DNA of 64,000 nt from Burkholderiales bacterium (GTDB lineage: Bacteria; Pseudomonadota; Gammaproteobacteria; Burkholderiales; Burkholderiaceae_C). The stretch is from NCBI GenBank assembly GCA_039930465.1, contig JBDTTU010000006.1, positions 6,317 through 70,316 on the forward strand, given 5' to 3'. Of this stretch, positions 62,781 to 64,000 are shown piece after piece (position 1 is the stretch's first letter; each line of letters starts with the position of its first letter). Below the pieces are notes generated by a model. It searched no databases and was not told the DNA's origin. It saw nothing but the letters and a program-made list of their open reading frames with translations. A program made the translations under genes and the position numbers.

Positions 62781-64000
62781 TCAGGCTTTCTCGACGCGGA
62801 CTTCGCCGAACATCGCACCCAGCATCGCGGTGTCGGCGTGGCCGGCCGGCACACGCACCGCGCCGGCAGCCAGCGTGGTGTCGACGCGCGCTTCAAGCAC
62901 GACCATCGCGGCGCCTTGCGACACCCGCACCTTGTCGCCGTCGTTCAGGCCGAGTCGCGACCACAGGGCCGCCGGCAGGCTGGCCACTGGCGCGCGTGCA
63001 TCGGCGGTGAGTTGCAAAGACGTGGCACGGCGCACCAGCGAATCGGTGGCGTAGATCGGCACGTCGGCGATGCGTTCGAGCGCGGCGCTCGATGCACTGC
63101 CGGCCGCCGCCGCCGTGCCGCCAGCGTTGTTGAGGCGAGCAGGTATCGAAGCCGTATCACCGAGCGCTTCGGCGCGCACCTCTTCCGAGGTCTCGAAGTC
63201 GAAGCCCTTCAGGTCGAGCATGTTGCCCAGCACACGCAGCAGCTTCCAGGCCGGGCGCGTGTCGCCGAGCGGCTTCACCACGCCGTGGAAACTCTGCACG
63301 CGGCCTTCGGCGTTGACGAAGGTGCCCGAGGTTTCGGTGAACGGTGCGATCGGCAACATCACGTCGGCCACATCGGTGCCGGCCGTCTTGAACGGGCTCA
63401 TCACGACGACCAGGTCCATCGCGCTCAGTGCCGCGCTGGCGGCGGCGCCGTTGTGCGCGTCGAGCGCGGGCTCGAGGTTCAACAGCAGGCATGCCTTCAA
63501 GGCAGCCCCCGCGGAAGCGCCGAGCATCTGGCCGGCATTCAGGCCACCGCTGCCCGGTTGCGCGGCAACCAGTTGCGCGCCGACGCTGTTCGCCGCTTCG
63601 GTGAGGTAACCGACGCTCGCGCCGGTTTGCTCACCAATCCAGTGGGCCAATGCCAACAGCGTGGATGCGTTCGGATGCTGCGCCGCCGCGTTACCGAGCA
63701 GCACGGCCTTGCGTTCGCCACTGAGCAGCGAAGCAGCAATGGCTTGCGCCGCATCACTCGCCTGCCCCGGTAGCGGTGCGTTCGTGCCCTTGACTTGGCC
63801 CACAGCCACCGCCACATCGGCAAGCGCCTGAACCCACTGGCTCGGCGCGGCCGAGAGCTGCGTGGCGACCGGCATCAACCAGTCATCGTGCAGCGCGTTG
63901 ATGCTGTGCACCTTCGCGCCCTTGCGCGCCGCCTGGCGGATGCGTTGCGCGAACAGCGGGTGGTCTTTGCGCAGGAACGAACCGACGACCAGCACACGTT
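62781..64000 (-). CDS. nuoG: NADH-quinone oxidoreductase subunit G (3' part; start beyond the right edge)
   Basis: [38 protein letters not shown]; directly upstream of nuoH. Confidence 0.93.
   Translation of the reverse strand, partial: RVLVVGSFLRKDHPLFAQRIRQAARKGAKVHSINALHDDWLMPVATQLSAAPSQWVQALADVAVAVGQVKGTNAPLPGQASDAAQAIAASLLSGERKAVLLGNAAAQHPNASTLLALAHWIGEQTGASVGYLTEAANSVGAQLVAAQPGSGGLNAGQMLGASAGAALKACLLLNLEPALDAHNGAAASAALSAMDLVVVMSPFKTAGTDVADVMLPIAPFTETSGTFVNAEGRVQSFHGVVKPLGDTRPAWKLLRVLGNMLDLKGFDFETSEEVRAEALGDTASIPARLNNAGGTAAAAGSASSAALERIADVPIYATDSLVRRATSLQLTADARAPVASLPAALWSRLGLNDGDKVRVSQGAAMVVLEARVDTTLAAGAVRVPAGHADTAMLGAMFGEVRVEKA

Overview
GC-rich betaproteobacterial chromosome segment. 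The Burkholderiales assignment is inferred from gene order and protein style. It is almost entirely core genome, with no integrase, transposase, CRISPR, rRNA or tRNA detected. Left to right: addAB-like helicase/nuclease pair, trxA-rho-rpmE(type B), an ArnT-like glycosyltransferase, pstSCAB-phoU-phoBR with a Pho box, glmM-folP-ftsH-rlmE, yhbY, greA-carAB, a GlcG-like gene, yccA, a PlsB-like acyltransferase, rlmD, a tandem glycine riboswitch with gcvTHP-sdaA, a stand-alone degenerate GGDEF protein, cupin, GST, phaZ, an RND pair, aroC, a CBS protein, a metY-like gene with a hydrolase, a PAS-PAS-GGDEF protein, yihY, DUF2069 with an FAD oxidoreductase, a GcvA-like LysR with DUF2917, DUF1178, NUDIX and nuoN-G. 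The most unusual feature is a 3.2-copy 70-bp palindromic array (28724-28946) inside the last codons of rlmD. It is bounded by a 13-bp direct repeat, supplies a new C-terminus, and leaves a second, probably ancestral, C-terminus (SMAVFERG*) stranded downstream. Other leads are a catalytically dead GGDEF protein with an intact RxxD site, an inverted Pho-box array, terminators directly ahead of greA and folP, structured rho, rpmE and carA leaders, and several apparently leaderless genes. All calls come from reading the sequence; no database searches were run.
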